A DNA stretch of 63,779 nucleotides, filler included, from Octopus bimaculoides (Eukaryota), in the NCBI RefSeq assembly GCF_001194135.2. It is 7 parts of 7 records of this genome, joined end to end, with 100 filler letters (N's around TTAATTAATTAA, not from the genome) between each part and the next. Parts side by side here need not be neighbours in the genome. Positions count along the whole stretch, not along the records: positions 60,989 to 63,779 come from NW_026378214.1; 6 more parts are not named here. One strand, given 5' to 3'. The position numbers were made by a program, and so were the translations under genes. The number at the start of each line of letters is the position of its first letter. Position 1 is the first letter of the stretch. Shown piece by piece: positions 62,079-63,779 of the stretch. The notes under the pieces were generated by a model that saw only the letters and a program-made list of their open reading frames with translations, searched no databases and was not told where the DNA came from.

Positions 62079-63779
62079 NNNNNNNNNNNNNNNNNNNNNN
62101 NNNNNNNNNNNNNNNNNNNNNNNNNNNNNNNNNNNNNNNNNNNNNNNNNNNNNNNNNNNNNNNNNNNNNNNNNNNNNNNNNNNNNNNNNNNNNNNNNNNN
62201 NNNNNNNNNNNNNNNNNNNNNNNNNNNNNNNNNNNNNNNNNNNNNNNNNNNNNNNNNNNNNNNNNNNNNNNNNNNNNNNNNNNNNNNNNNNNNNNNNNNN
62301 NNNNNNNNNNNNNNNNNNNNNNNNNNNNNNNNNNNNNNNNNNNNNNNNNNNNNNNNNNNNNNNNNNNNNNNNNNNNNNNNNNNNNNNNNNNNNNNNNNNN
62401 NNNNNNNNNNNNNNNNNNNNNNNNNNNNNNNNNNNNNNNNNNNNNNNNNNNNNNNNNNNNNNNNNNNNNNNNNNNNNNNNNNNNNNNNNNNNNNNNNNNN
62501 NNNNNNNNNNNNNNNNNNNNNNNNNNNNNNNNNNNNNNNNNNNNNNNNNNNNNNNNNNNNNNNNNNNNNNNNNNNNNNNNNNNNNNNNNNNNNNNNNNNN
62601 NNNNNNNNNNNNNNNNNNNNNNNNNNNNNNNNNNNNNNNNNNNNNNNNNNNNNNNNNNNNNNNNNNNNNNNNNNNNNNNNNNNNNNNNNNNNNNNNNNNN
62701 NNNNNNNNNNNNNNNNNNNNNNNNNNNNNNNNNNNNNNNNNNNNNNNNNNNNNNNNNNNNNNNNNNNNNNNNNNNNNNNNNNNNNNNNNNNNNNNNNNNN
62801 NNNNNNNNNNNNNNNNNNNNNNNNNNNNNNNNNNNNNNNNNNNNNNNNNNNNNNNNNNNNNNNNNNNNNNNNNNNNNNNNNNNNNNNNNNNNNNNNNNNN
62901 NNNNNNNNNNNNNNNNNNNNNNNNNNNNNNNNNNNNNNNNNNNNNNNNNNNNNNNNNNNNNNNNNNNNNNNNNNNNNNNNNNNNNNNNNNNNNNNNNNNN
63001 NNNNNNNNNNNNNNNNNNNNNCTGTTAGACATTATATTATGTCTATTTATTTATTTTAAACAATTCTGAGAATATTTATGCATATATAAAGATTGTGTTT
63101 TTAATATGGGAGTTAAGGCCCCTATTGGGGGGGGGGGTCTTAAAGTCAACCAGAGAAGTTGAATTGTTGGGAATCTTTTTAACTTGGGTCTTATATCTAT
63201 TGTTCAAATTTCTTTGAAATCGGAAATATATGTATGTTCACTGGGTTTGTAAAAGAGAGCAAAGCTACAGGAAATCAAAAGACGAATGATCACAATAAGC
63301 AGTCGGCTACCCTACCCTAGTCGTTACCACTCCCCAATGTAGAATTCCGTAAGATGCATTACGGATCTAAAGCAATTGGAAGGGCGTAACCCAACTCTAA
63401 TAAAAATTAACAACTGTGTGACGTGAGGGCTAAGGGGAAATGAAAGTGTCACCTCTGGAGTTTTCCAATGATCACTATGCCGATAGGTAACTGGACAGAA
63501 TAAATTTACAATCTATAAATCTCTTTGAATAACCAGTCACTTTTCTGGGAAGGCCTTGAAATCAATGTTACCATCTGGGGACTATCTCTGACCCAGTGAT
63601 CATAAAATGACTCAAAGGGGGTCAAAAACCAAATAAATTTACTCAACACTTTGCAACTGAATCAGTGGAGGCAAAAATGCCTCTCCTTTACTTGACAATT
63701 TATGCACCACATTACAGAAATCACAATCTAAGTATATCTCAAAGCAAACTCTTACACTGTTGGACCAATGAATTACAAA

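Noticed and set aside
63300-63779. Possible LINE RT remnant at the window end
   Set aside because: Only short unconvincing peptides (IDFKAF, IQRDL) with stops; could not be assigned.

Overview
AT-rich, gap-ridden, repeat-dense eukaryotic genomic DNA, most likely from an octopus assembly. That species call rests on my recollection of the SINE families, the microsatellite density and the 100-bp gap placeholders containing TTAATTAATTAA; I could not run a search. The only host coding sequence I can support is a partial first coding exon of a doublecortin (DCX)-domain protein (53810-53976, +), cut off by an assembly gap. The rest is decayed mobile DNA: Tx1/L1-like, R4/Dong-like, RTE-like and Penelope-like retroelement fragments, mariner remnants, several tRNA-derived SINE families, a long-inverted-repeat element and many microsatellites. 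The most notable unexplained structure is a set of five minimal type I hammerhead ribozyme-like motifs, all with palindromic or near-palindromic stem III. One lies just downstream of a Penelope GIY-YIG ORF. Two flank a central palindrome in a small non-coding element (about 43950-44400) that joins a Pol III tRNA-like head, a (TAA)n spacer and a hammerhead. Repeat boundaries were read by eye and are approximate.
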